Below are positions 9,671 to 19,184 of a stretch of DNA of 64,000 nt, piece after piece. Location of the stretch: contig CALKCF010000004.1 in the NCBI GenBank assembly GCA_938083505.1, forward strand, positions 32,001 through 96,000, in the 5' to 3' direction. This stretch comes from an uncultured archaeon (GTDB lineage: Archaea; Thermoproteota; Nitrososphaeria_A; Caldarchaeales; Wolframiiraptoraceae). A program made the position numbers and the translations under genes. Numbering within the stretch: position 1 is the stretch's first letter; each line of letters begins with the position of its first letter. A model generated the notes under the pieces. The model saw nothing but the letters and a program-made list of their open reading frames with translations. It searched no databases and was not told where the DNA came from.

Positions 9671-10446
9671 TGGTAGGGAAAATACCTAAGATAGCGGTAT
9701 ACAAGTTCGCATCATGTGATGGTTGTCAGCTAAGCATAGTAGACCTTGAGGATGAGCTTTTGGAGATAAACCAGAAGTTCGAGATAGCTTACTTCATGGA
9801 GGTAACTAGGGCGGCGAAAAGGGGTCCTTACGACGTCGGTTTAGTCGAAGGAAGTATATCCACGCCGCACGCTATCGAACTGATAAAGTCGATAAGGAAG
9901 GACTGCAAGACGCTCGTGGCGATAGGCGCATGCGCGACTGCAGGTGGAATCCAAGCTCTCAGGAACTGGGCGAACGTCGAAGAATTCTCAAAGTACGTCT
10001 ACGCTAAGCCTGAATACATACAGACGCTTGAGAAATCCTCTCCGATCTCAGAGTATGTCCAAGTTGACTTTGAGCTCAGGGGATGTCCTGTGAACAAGTA
10101 CCAGCTCCTTGAGGTTTTGTCCGCATTTCTTGCTGGAAGGAAGCCTAACATACCAACGTACAGCTTGTGCATAGAGTGTAAGAGAAAGGGAAACGTTTGC
10201 GTAACGGTTGCTAAGAGTGTGCCGTGCCTCGGGCCAGTCGTACAAGCAGGTTGTGGTGCACTATGCCCAGCATACTCGAGGGGTTGCTACGGGTGCTTCG
10301 GTCCGATGGAGAGCCCGAACGTGAAGAGCTTAGCAAGCAAATTCATCGAACTTGGAATGGATAAGAAAGATGTGATCCTTAATTTTAGAGGGTTTACAGG
10401 TTGGTCAAAGGAGTTTAGGGAGGTGGATGTGTTAATTGAAGGGTAA
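9670..10446 (+). CDS. hydD: Group 3b hydrogenase delta (small) subunit
   Basis: SCDGCQ, GACA, GCP, CIEC, CLGP, CGALCP and CYGCFGP. Confidence 0.9.
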   Translation: MVGKIPKIAVYKFASCDGCQLSIVDLEDELLEINQKFEIAYFMEVTRAAKRGPYDVGLVEGSISTPHAIELIKSIRKDCKTLVAIGACATAGGIQALRNWANVEEFSKYVYAKPEYIQTLEKSSPISEYVQVDFELRGCPVNKYQLLEVLSAFLAGRKPNIPTYSLCIECKRKGNVCVTVAKSVPCLGPVVQAGCGALCPAYSRGCYGCFGPMESPNVKSLASKFIELGMDKKDVILNFRGFTGWSKEFREVDVLIEG

Positions 10447-11731
10447 GGCGAAGACGGTAAAGGTAGATTACCTCGCAAGGGTCGAAGGTGAGGGAGCCCT
10501 TTACATAAAGGTAAAGGGCACGGAGGTCCTAGATGTGAAGTTCAAGATATTTGAGGCGCCAAGATTTTTCGAGAGTTTCCTTAGAGGAAGGAAGTACCAC
10601 GAAGTCCCGGACATAACCGCAAGGATATGCGGTATATGCCCAATAGCATACCAGATGAGCTCCGTTCATGCATTAGAGGATGCGTTTGGGGTGAAAGTGG
10701 ACGGCCCTCTAAGAGAGCTCAGGAGGTTCATCTACTGTGGAGAATGGATAGAGAGTCATGCACTCCATGCATTCCTCCTACATGCACCCGACTTCCTTGG
10801 TTATGATGATGCAATGAGGATGGCGAAGGCCCATCCAGACATTGTCAAGAAGGCATTGATGGTGAAGAAGATAGGCAACGAGATCATGGCGAAGCTTGGT
10901 GGAAGGGAGATACATCCAGTATCTGTCTGCGTCGGAGGGTTTTATAAGGTACCGACGAAGAGGCAGATGGAGGCGATGAGAGAGGACCTGAAGAAGGGCA
11001 TGGACCTCAGCGTCGAACTACTCAGATGGGTTGCGGACCTCAAGTTCCCCGACTTCGAGCAGGACTATGAGTTTGTGTCGCTTAGACATCCAGATGAATA
11101 CCCATTAAACGAGGGAAGGATAGTGTCCAATAAGGGCTTGGATATATCGATAAGCGAGTACGAGAACAATTTCGTGGAAGAACATGTACCATACACAAAC
11201 GCCCTTCAATCATACATAAAGGGCAGGGGCTCTTACATGGTAGGGCCTCTTGCAAGGATAAACCTGAATTACGACAAGCTATGGGACCTAACGAAGGACA
11301 TGCTGAAGTCCATAGGCTTCAAGATTCCATGCAGGAACCCATTCAAGAGCATAATAGCGAGGTGTGCTGAGGTGTTGTACTCCTTCGAGGAGGCGCTCAG
11401 GATAATTAATGAGTATAAAGAACCTAACGAGTCAAAGGTTGATTACAAAGTAAAGGCAGGAAGGGGTTATGGTTGCACTGAGGCACCAAGAGGCTCATTA
11501 TACCATAGGTATGATGTAGCCGCCGATGGTACCATAGTTTCGGCAAAAATAGTACCTCCGACTGCGCAGAACCAAAAGCGGATGGAGGATGACCTGAGGG
11601 CGATGGCACCATCTGTCATGAAACTCCCTTATGAGAAGGCTGTCTGGAGGTTCGAGCAGGCCTTAAGGAACTACGATCCGTGCATATCTTGCGCCACACA
11701 CTTCCTGAGGCTAGAGGTAGAGCGCTCCTAG
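10436..11731 (+). CDS. hydA: Group 3b NiFe hydrogenase alpha (large) subunit
   Basis: RVEGEG, L1 motif RICGIC, L2 motif DPCISCATH, then a 9-aa C-terminal extension. Confidence 0.93.
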   Translation: MKGKAKTVKVDYLARVEGEGALYIKVKGTEVLDVKFKIFEAPRFFESFLRGRKYHEVPDITARICGICPIAYQMSSVHALEDAFGVKVDGPLRELRRFIYCGEWIESHALHAFLLHAPDFLGYDDAMRMAKAHPDIVKKALMVKKIGNEIMAKLGGREIHPVSVCVGGFYKVPTKRQMEAMREDLKKGMDLSVELLRWVADLKFPDFEQDYEFVSLRHPDEYPLNEGRIVSNKGLDISISEYENNFVEEHVPYTNALQSYIKGRGSYMVGPLARINLNYDKLWDLTKDMLKSIGFKIPCRNPFKSIIARCAEVLYSFEEALRIINEYKEPNESKVDYKVKAGRGYGCTEAPRGSLYHRYDVAADGTIVSAKIVPPTAQNQKRMEDDLRAMAPSVMKLPYEKAVWRFEQALRNYDPCISCATHFLRLEVERS

Positions 11732-11822
11732 TTGCTGTTTAGCAATACGTGACCTGCAGGGCTTAGAAGGTCGCGAAATACTGTTAAAATTTTTATTTAG
11801 AAGCCAAAATAAGTAAAGCTGG

Positions 11823-11897
11823 GCGGCCGTGGTCTAGCCTGGATAAGACACCAGCCTGCCACGCTGGGGTTCCCGGGTTCAAATCCCGGCGGCCGCA
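11823..11897 (+). tRNA. tRNA-Gly(GCC), no intron
   Basis: GCGGCCG/CGGCCGC-A acceptor, CCAGC-CTGCCAC-GCTGG anticodon arm, TTCAAAT T loop. Confidence 0.96.
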
Positions 11898-11925
11898 TAT
11901 CCTTCAATAACCAAATAGAGCCAAC

Positions 11926-13059
11926 ATGCCCGCGTTCTTTGCAACAATAGTTACAGGGCTAGAAGATGTTGGGGCAAAAGAGGTCGAGTCTATAGTAGGC
12001 TGTAAAGCAAGGCCGGATGCCGGTAAGGTGTTCTTCGAATGCGACATTTATGGTGCTGTATTGCTGAACTTTACCTCTCGTTGTTTACATAAGATTTTCC
12101 TATTACTTGGACACGATACCGTTTCCTCGCTGGAAGATGTTGCACGCCTTGCACGTAGTATAGATTATGCTGAGCTGATCCTACCGTCGCAGTCGTTCGC
12201 CGTTAGGGTCGAGAAACATGGTGAGCATGAGCTTAGAAGCCTCGATATTGCCTCAACTGTAGGCAAGAGTGTCGTAGAGTCTTACCTTGCATCCAAAAAC
12301 GTCAGGCTTGTTGTCAATTTAGACAACCCAGATGTCGAGCTGTATGCTTTGCTGAGGAACAATGAGTTGCTGATTGGCTTGAACATGACTGGGCAATCGC
12401 TTCATAGAAGGTTTTACAAAACATTCTATCATAGAGCGTCGCTCATGCCGACGATAGCTTGCTCCATGATATTGCTGAGCGGTTGGAAACCGGGAGAGAG
12501 TTTGTTAGATCCGATGTGTGGAGGCGGAACGATACCGATAGAGGCGGCACTGATGGCAAGACGCATAGCGCCAGGCTTGAGAAAGGGTAATCTGGCCTTA
12601 GAGAGGCTATTCTTCATCGAAAAAGAGCTTATTGGAGAGATTCGCGACAAGCTTCTCTCAAACGAGACGAATGTTATGGTGGAAATCTACGGCATAGATG
12701 TCTCGCCAAAGAGTGTTGAAGGTGCACTTGTTAACGCAGCCAAGGCGAACGTATTGGATACTGTGTCAATAAAGGTTGGCGACGCATTAAATTTAGTTAA
12801 TTACATAAGCGAGCCGCCCGATCACATCATAACGAATCCGCCCTACGGTATAAGGATGGGTATCAGGAACATAGAAAAGTTCTATGAGAGAATCTTAACG
12901 TCGATTAGACAGGCGGCTCCGCATGCAACTATAACGATAATAACGAGTAAGTCGAACCTTCTCAGAAGGATTGCGGAAGCGCTCAGAATGCAAGTGGTCG
13001 AGGCTAGACAGTTGTTCTACGGAAGGATTCAAGCGAACATAATTAAGCTGTTGCAATAA
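11926..13059 (+). CDS. trm14: THUMP-domain tRNA m2G6 methyltransferase (Trm14-like)
   Basis: THUMP domain, SLHRR, LDPMCGGGTIPIEAA and TNPPYG. Confidence 0.8.
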   Translation: MPAFFATIVTGLEDVGAKEVESIVGCKARPDAGKVFFECDIYGAVLLNFTSRCLHKIFLLLGHDTVSSLEDVARLARSIDYAELILPSQSFAVRVEKHGEHELRSLDIASTVGKSVVESYLASKNVRLVVNLDNPDVELYALLRNNELLIGLNMTGQSLHRRFYKTFYHRASLMPTIACSMILLSGWKPGESLLDPMCGGGTIPIEAALMARRIAPGLRKGNLALERLFFIEKELIGEIRDKLLSNETNVMVEIYGIDVSPKSVEGALVNAAKANVLDTVSIKVGDALNLVNYISEPPDHIITNPPYGIRMGIRNIEKFYERILTSIRQAAPHATITIITSKSNLLRRIAEALRMQVVEARQLFYGRIQANIIKLLQ

Positions 13060-13070
13060 AAATTAACTCT

Positions 13071-14354
13071 TTACTTGCAAAAATTCATCCAGCCTTCCAT
13101 CTTCTCCCATGACCAGCTGTAGCTTGCCGGCACAGCATACCCATAGACTATGCAACCACGCCAAACCGAGTACTGCGGCTCCGATGCCATAGTAACCTCT
13201 ATGTTCTCTATGCCCTTCTCCGCCATCATACGTTTAATCTTCGTAGCAGAATCCACGCAGACGTTCTTCAACTTCTCTGGAACCCTCCAAGAGAAGTTCC
13301 CACCGGATAAGAGTATCTGGCTGTAGAGCAGTGGCTGGAGCTCAACAGGACACTTCTCTACAGCACTTATTATCGCTTCAGCCATGTTAAGCATTCCATA
13401 AAAGACAACATCACCGACCTTTGTGTCCCTTGGTCTCGGCATCCCTCTCTTAAAATAACTCTGAAATATTTCGTGGTTTGGGTTAAAGACGTACTCGCCG
13501 ACTAAAAATCTTGTCCAAGAGTTCTCGGCAAGGTCTATCTTGAGTCTAGTTCCAGGAACCGAATAGACCGTCCTAACAGCATCTGGGTTATTTTTAGCGA
13601 ATGAAATGGCAGAGTTTAAATCAGCAGGCAATAGACCCAGGTTTTCCTTAACCTTTCTCACCAGAGTCTCCTCAGCAGCCAAATCACCATAACCAGCATC
13701 TTTGAGGATTTCTGTCATGATAGCGTTGGCATCGCTCCCTCCCCTATTCAAAGCTATGACAGCACCTCTTATGGGTGCTCTAGAGATTGGTGCGAACTGT
13801 GTATTTCCATGCCCGCTCTCCACCACGACGCAAGATGTCTTCTTGTGAGCTATGGCGACAGCAAGAGGTTGCGAAATTATTGTTGCCGAATGTACGAGGC
13901 CCGCCTCTTTGGCCATGCTCTCAAGCATTTCAAAGAACTTCTCGTACATGTACCTCGGCGCGACGGCTGAGAGTGCGGCCACGACATAAAAACCATTGAA
14001 GCCCCAACCCTTTGGCTTGAACTCCTCTAACGCATGGCGCATCAGCTCCCTCACCACTTTCCATGCTTTTACATCGTCCTTCATGATGATGCCTTCTCTC
14101 ATCGGGTAGATGAGTCGTGTGGCGAGCTCTGCACCGCTCTCCAAGAATAGCGTTATATCCTTTCCGACGATCACTTCACGGTCAACACCCATTATCTGGG
14201 AGAGAATTGTTTTCTCAGGGAAGTAACCCCTGTTTTCTACGACAAGAGGTCTCTCGCCTTGGGTTATTGGCCCGTACTTAAACTCGCTTGTACCGTAATC
14301 CGTTCCGAACACGTAACGCTTTTTGTAATCTTCGTCATGCATCTCCATCAACAA
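13071..14354 (-). CDS. Crenactin (archaeal actin homolog)
   Basis: Phosphate-1 motif FGTDYGTSEFKYGPIT, QPLAVAIA, phosphate-2 motif VESGHGNTQ, ALNRGG, adenosine motif ILLSGGNFSW, and EPQYSVWRG. These align with Pyrobaculum crenactin as I recall it. Confidence 0.93.
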   Translation of the reverse strand: MLMEMHDEDYKKRYVFGTDYGTSEFKYGPITQGERPLVVENRGYFPEKTILSQIMGVDREVIVGKDITLFLESGAELATRLIYPMREGIIMKDDVKAWKVVRELMRHALEEFKPKGWGFNGFYVVAALSAVAPRYMYEKFFEMLESMAKEAGLVHSATIISQPLAVAIAHKKTSCVVVESGHGNTQFAPISRAPIRGAVIALNRGGSDANAIMTEILKDAGYGDLAAEETLVRKVKENLGLLPADLNSAISFAKNNPDAVRTVYSVPGTRLKIDLAENSWTRFLVGEYVFNPNHEIFQSYFKRGMPRPRDTKVGDVVFYGMLNMAEAIISAVEKCPVELQPLLYSQILLSGGNFSWRVPEKLKNVCVDSATKIKRMMAEKGIENIEVTMASEPQYSVWRGCIVYGYAVPASYSWSWEKMEGWMNFCK

Positions 14355-14386
14355 TATCTATAATGCTTATGAATTTAAGCGTTAAA

Positions 14387-15052
14387 CTAACCTTTGCCCG
14401 CTAATATATCGAGCCATGGATTGTCTTTTACGAATGACGGTAACTCAATTTCGGAGTTAAGGTTAGCTATCTTGTCAGGCACATACTGTACTGTAGGTTT
14501 GACGTGCAATGGGCGCATACCCTCAAAACTCAGTAACTTGTTAGAGAGTTCGTTGTATGCTACCTCGAGCCTCTCCAACCTTGCCACCAACGCGTCTATT
14601 TCATTTACCTTATAGACAACCCTCTCCAGCCTCTCTATCCTTTCAAGCACTTGCAAAACTTCCTCGTATTTTATAGGCACGCTACCTTCATTCCCCATCT
14701 CGTCGTGCTTTATGTTCTTTACAATGGGTGGCAACTCCTCTATACCATGCGGTCCATACAACAGAAGACCTATGCCGTGCAACCTGATAACCATGAACTC
14801 ATCCATAGAGCTCATGTTCTTCGGAACCAAGATGTATGGTTTCTCACCTTTGGCCGCCCAGAAAGCAGACTGCAGAGCGGCGGAGATTAACTCCAGCCTA
14901 CCATCGGTATCATCAAGTATCTTGACGACATAAGTAGAACTGTTCCCAACGAACCTCAGCGTATCTTCTTCCACACTACCGCTATCGAACCTCAGGCCCT
15001 GCCTTGACATGTAGCTGATGACATTCCTTTCAAGAATGGTCCGCGGTACCAA
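14387..15052 (-). CDS. Arcadin-2-like crenactin-binding protein
   Basis: Directly upstream of crenactin on the same strand. Globular N-domain, coiled coil, and C-terminal DNPWLDILAGKG, which resembles the arcadin-2 tail helix. Confidence 0.72.
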   Translation of the reverse strand: MVPRTILERNVISYMSRQGLRFDSGSVEEDTLRFVGNSSTYVVKILDDTDGRLELISAALQSAFWAAKGEKPYILVPKNMSSMDEFMVIRLHGIGLLLYGPHGIEELPPIVKNIKHDEMGNEGSVPIKYEEVLQVLERIERLERVVYKVNEIDALVARLERLEVAYNELSNKLLSFEGMRPLHVKPTVQYVPDKIANLNSEIELPSFVKDNPWLDILAGKG

Positions 15053-15140
15053 AATCTGTCAAATTACATAACAAGGCTTTTTCGTTAAAAGGTTATTTGA
15101 GTAAGGTATGGGGAGAGTTTACCGAAAGTGAAGATGAGCT

Positions 15141-16106
15141 TCAGAAGGCCTTAATCGAGACAAGCTCGTTGAGAATATGCTGCGGAGCCCTTGGTCCTCT
15201 GAACAACATGGCAGTCATTATCTGAACGGTGTTTGCACCAGCCCTTAACGCTTCTAAGGCGTCAGCTCCTGTCATTATGCCACCGACTGCGTTTATCTCG
15301 ATTTCTTCGCCCAGCTCCTTTCTAATCTCCCTCACAGTTTCTAGCATTATGCGTGTTAGTGGTCTGCCACTCAAACCACCCCTTCCTAGCGCGAGCTCTG
15401 GTGCATCGACCAAGAGTGTGTTAACGGCCGTTACGCCGTCCATTCCACAATCCATCCATACTTTTACCAACTTACACATCTCATTCATCTCTTCGGAGGT
15501 CGTTGGTGGCGGAATCTTGATGTATGCGGGCTTCAATTTTATCCCCTTCAACATCTCGACAAATTCACGCAAATTTTTTGGTTCCTTCATATATGTGCTA
15601 GCTTCGTTTGTAGGGCATGAGATATTTACCTCAACGGCATCAACGACTTTCTGCAGAGCGGCAAAGCATTCGACAAATTCGTTAATCGTGTTGCCTGTTA
15701 TGCTGGCGACGACCTTGCAACCTTCAACCCTTTTAAAGTTCTTCAAGAACTTCATTATACCAGGGTTGGGCAGACCCATAGCGTTGACGACTGCCTGTTC
15801 CGCTTCCCTGTAAGCTATTCTTGGTTTAGGATGGCCCTTTCTCGGATTTAGCGTAAAGCTGCCCACTACTATGTAGCCGAAGCCAAGCTTGGACAGTGCC
15901 TTGACGTACTTACCGCTTTTATCATAACCTGCCGCGAGACCTAATGGGTTCTTCAATCTACCCATCTTCGTTTCAACCTCTAAGTCTTTTGGAGACTCAA
16001 ACTCCAATGGTAGGTACTTCAAAAGCCTAAGCCAAGTAGCATGCAGGAGTTCTGATCCTAAAATACGCGCCAAGAGTTTTACTGCGGGATTTATCCTAAA
16101 CGACAA
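15141..16106 (-). CDS. pyrD: Dihydroorotate dehydrogenase
   Basis: NPLGLAAGYDK, VNAMGLPN, EVNISCPT, GGLSG and VGGI; divergent from pyrBIC. Confidence 0.9.
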   Translation of the reverse strand: MSFRINPAVKLLARILGSELLHATWLRLLKYLPLEFESPKDLEVETKMGRLKNPLGLAAGYDKSGKYVKALSKLGFGYIVVGSFTLNPRKGHPKPRIAYREAEQAVVNAMGLPNPGIMKFLKNFKRVEGCKVVASITGNTINEFVECFAALQKVVDAVEVNISCPTNEASTYMKEPKNLREFVEMLKGIKLKPAYIKIPPPTTSEEMNEMCKLVKVWMDCGMDGVTAVNTLLVDAPELALGRGGLSGRPLTRIMLETVREIRKELGEEIEINAVGGIMTGADALEALRAGANTVQIMTAMLFRGPRAPQHILNELVSIKAF

Positions 16107-16232
16107 AATGACACCATCCTATATAACCTAAACCAAAATATTATTTTTTGTAAAGTTACACCGGTATTATGGTTGGCCAAAGCCCGTGAGTTCCTTATAT
16201 ATCAGAACAAGGGATTTTCGTAAGGGTCACGA

Positions 16233-17150
16233 GTGTGGAAGTTTAGGGATGTTATATCTATACTGGACTACACCAGGGATGAACTTGAGCACCTTTTTTC
16301 CGTGACCGATAGGGTGCTTGAACGCCCAGTAGATGTTGGAAAGCCGTTGGAGGGTAACATAGTAGCCACAGCATTCATAGAACCAAGCACCAGGACGAGG
16401 CTGAGCTTCGAGACAGCTGCTAAAAGGCTTGGTGCAGAAATCATAAACCTTGAACCTCAGCTGTCATCTATGACTAAGGGTGAGAGTTTAACCGACACGC
16501 TTAGGATGCTAGATGACTATGCCGACCTAATAGTGATAAGGAGCCCATACGAGGGGTCGGCAAAACATGCTGCCGATATCTGCGAGCATCCTGTGATAAA
16601 CGGTGGTGATGGGACGCAGCACCATCCAACTCAGGCAATGATAGACCTGTATACGATAAGGAAGTTAAAGGGTAGGATAGATGGGTTGGAAGTTGGTGTG
16701 GTCGGTGACCTGAAGTACGGTAGGGCCGCTGCATCCTTCATATACGGCCTAACGAAGTTTAACGTTAGAAAGATATGGTTGGTGTCGCCTGAACCTCTTT
16801 CACCAAGACCTGAACTTATGGATAGGCTGAGGAAAATGAGCGTGGACATCGTGAAGACAGAGAACATAGAAGAAGCTGTGGAGAACGTTGACATCCTCTA
16901 CGTAACGAGGATACAAAAGGAGAGATTTCCCGACCTTGCTGAGTATGAGAAGCTAAGAGGTAGCTACGTGATAACGAGGAAGCTCCTCTCAAGGGCACGT
17001 GAGGGTCTAAAGGTCTTGCACCCCCTCCCGAGGGTTGATGAGCTCTCTAATGACGTAGACGATACGCCATACCAAGCGTATTTCGTTCAAGCTAAGCTCG
17101 GAGTTCCCGTCAGGATGGCTCTGATAGGTTTAGTTCTGGGAGTGTTTTAG
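16233..17150 (+). CDS. pyrB: Aspartate carbamoyltransferase catalytic subunit
   Basis: EPSTRTRLSF, HHPTQ, YVTRIQKERF and HPLPR. Confidence 0.97.
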   Translation: MWKFRDVISILDYTRDELEHLFSVTDRVLERPVDVGKPLEGNIVATAFIEPSTRTRLSFETAAKRLGAEIINLEPQLSSMTKGESLTDTLRMLDDYADLIVIRSPYEGSAKHAADICEHPVINGGDGTQHHPTQAMIDLYTIRKLKGRIDGLEVGVVGDLKYGRAAASFIYGLTKFNVRKIWLVSPEPLSPRPELMDRLRKMSVDIVKTENIEEAVENVDILYVTRIQKERFPDLAEYEKLRGSYVITRKLLSRAREGLKVLHPLPRVDELSNDVDDTPYQAYFVQAKLGVPVRMALIGLVLGVF

Positions 17151-17636
17151 ATGTCCCATACGAACGAACAGGAAACTTTACGGGTGAGCAAGATAAAGAA
17201 TGGAACGGTCATAGACCACATACCCGCAGGTAGGGCTTTAGCCGTCCTAAGACTGCTTGGAATAACTGGAGGCGAGGGACACGTTATAACTGTGACGATG
17301 AATGTTAAGAGTGGGAAACTCGGTAAGAAGGACCTAGTAAAGGTCGAGGATCTTGAACTCATGGCTGAGCAGGTCAACAAATTGACACTTATAGCACCTA
17401 CCGCCACGATAAACATAATACGGAATTATGAGGTTGTAGAGAAGAGAGCGGTCAAGCTGCCCGATAGAATAACTGGCATCCTTAGGTGTACAAACCCAGG
17501 TTGTATAACTAGGCAACCCATGGAGCACGTGAGCTCAAAGTTTATTGTAGTCTCGAAGACCCCTCTAAGGCTCGAGTGTGAATACTGCGGTAGATATCTT
17601 GAGGAGGAAGAAGTGCTTAAGCAATTGACACAGTAG
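17151..17636 (+). CDS. pyrI: Aspartate carbamoyltransferase regulatory subunit
   Basis: GTVIDHIPAG, CTNPGCIT and CEYC. Confidence 0.97.
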   Translation: MSHTNEQETLRVSKIKNGTVIDHIPAGRALAVLRLLGITGGEGHVITVTMNVKSGKLGKKDLVKVEDLELMAEQVNKLTLIAPTATINIIRNYEVVEKRAVKLPDRITGILRCTNPGCITRQPMEHVSSKFIVVSKTPLRLECEYCGRYLEEEEVLKQLTQ

Positions 17637-18874
17637 TGAAGACTATGGCGGGTCTGAGAATAGTCGGCAGGGCACTCGTAGACGGTAAGCTCCTAGACGA
17701 AGTTACTGTCGAGATAGATGGCGAGTTCATATCATCCGTGAGCATCGGCGAGAGCGGCTCAGGTCCTAGGCTTTTATTAAGTAAGGGCCAGCTACTCCTA
17801 CCCTCTGCCACGGACCTCCATGTCCACCTCAGGGATTGGGATCAAGCCTACAAGGAGGATGTGTTCACTGGAACATCCGCTGCGGCCGCTGGTGGTATCA
17901 CGACGATAGCGGAGATGCCCAACACCGTGCCGCCAATAAGGAGTCCTGAAGCTCTTAGGGAAAGGCTCAAGCTACTGGCAACGCGCGCCGTCGTGGACTA
18001 TGCGGTTCATATAGGCCCTCTCAAAAAACCCGAGGATGCCAGCAGAGCGTTGGAGTTGGGGGCATGCGGTATGAAGCTCTACCCTGAAGACTTGGAAAGA
18101 CTCGAAGATTATCTTAGGGTTTCAAGGGAGAGCGGTATAAGGCTTGTCGTACACGCAGAATTAAAGGGAGGTGATGAGGTGGAGACTGTAAAGATGCTGT
18201 TATCGTACGTGAAAGCAGGTGACGACATAAGGTTAGCACACATATCGAGGGCTGAGTCTCTGAGGATTATAGAGCTTGCGAAGAAAGAGCTTGGCGCGAG
18301 AATAACGGTAGAAGCAACGCCCCACCATCTCCTTCTATCTTATGAAGAGCTTGATGAGAATTCTAGGAGAATATCGACGGTGAGACCTCCACTCGCCTCC
18401 ATGTCTGATAGGCAGTACATTTTTTCAGGCTTAAAGAGGTGTTCCGTGGATTTCATAGCATCCGACCATGCACCGCATACCTTAGAAGAGAAGCTCTCTG
18501 GAAAAAATGCGCCAGGTTTTCCCGGTTTAGAGATAACATATCCTCTGATGCTGACCGAATGGTTTGAGGACAGGCTTGATATATCAACACTCGTCAAAAA
18601 GCTTTGCAGAGCCCCAGCCGAGTACCTCGGCATACCTAAAGGCGAGATTAAGAAGGGCTTCTACGCCGACCTAGCTGTCTTCGATATGAGAGAGCGGTGG
18701 AGCATAAGCGCGAAGGATTTCTTAAGTAAGGCGAAGTACACGCCCTTCGAGGGTAGAAAACTGTCAGCAAAGCTCATATCGGTCTTCAGGAGGGGCGAGC
18801 TGATATACAACGGCGAACTCATAGCGAAAGGTGGCGGGATCCATGTCAGCGAACTTAGGCAAAAGCACGGATAA
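17636..18874 (+). CDS. pyrC: Dihydroorotase
   Basis: DLHVHLR, AAAGGITT..EMPNT, ATPHHL and ASDHAPH. Confidence 0.93.
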   Translation: MKTMAGLRIVGRALVDGKLLDEVTVEIDGEFISSVSIGESGSGPRLLLSKGQLLLPSATDLHVHLRDWDQAYKEDVFTGTSAAAAGGITTIAEMPNTVPPIRSPEALRERLKLLATRAVVDYAVHIGPLKKPEDASRALELGACGMKLYPEDLERLEDYLRVSRESGIRLVVHAELKGGDEVETVKMLLSYVKAGDDIRLAHISRAESLRIIELAKKELGARITVEATPHHLLLSYEELDENSRRISTVRPPLASMSDRQYIFSGLKRCSVDFIASDHAPHTLEEKLSGKNAPGFPGLEITYPLMLTEWFEDRLDISTLVKKLCRAPAEYLGIPKGEIKKGFYADLAVFDMRERWSISAKDFLSKAKYTPFEGRKLSAKLISVFRRGELIYNGELIAKGGGIHVSELRQKHG

Positions 18875-18906
18875 AGCTTATCCGTAACCTTCTCCAAAAC
18901 CTTGAT

Positions 18907-18961
18907 GGCTATGATGAAGCCCTAAACGTTGAGTCGTGATATTCTCTGGGGTAGCTGAGCC
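18907..18961 (+). ncRNA. Box C/D methylation-guide sRNA (#1)
   Basis: C ATGATGA 18911-17, D' TTGA 18929-32, C' GTGATAT 18936-42, D CTGA 18955-58, with a terminal GGC/GCC stem. Intergenic. Confidence 0.8.
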
Positions 18962-19021
18962 GAAAACTATCGGTAGAATGTTAAAGAAACCTTATAAATT
19001 GTGCAATGAGTCAACAATTCT

Positions 19022-19080
19022 GGCGATGATGAAAGAACGTCGCGACTTACAGAATGCTTATGAGGAGCGGGGTCTGAGCC
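19022..19080 (+). ncRNA. Box C/D methylation-guide sRNA (#2)
   Basis: C ATGATGA 19026-32 and D CTGA 19074-77 with a GGC/GCC terminal stem. Internal boxes are degenerate (CTTA, ATGCTTA). Confidence 0.7.
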
Positions 19081-19184
19081 TCAAAGATTCTTATAACACA
19101 GAAAACGTTACAAACGCTTATTAGTCAACGGACAAAAAATAGTTACATAGGCTTAAAAATACTGAGGTTAAGCCACCGGCATAG

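Noticed and set aside
18936-19124. 62-aa ORF
   Set aside because: It overlaps two box C/D sRNAs and has no protein motif.
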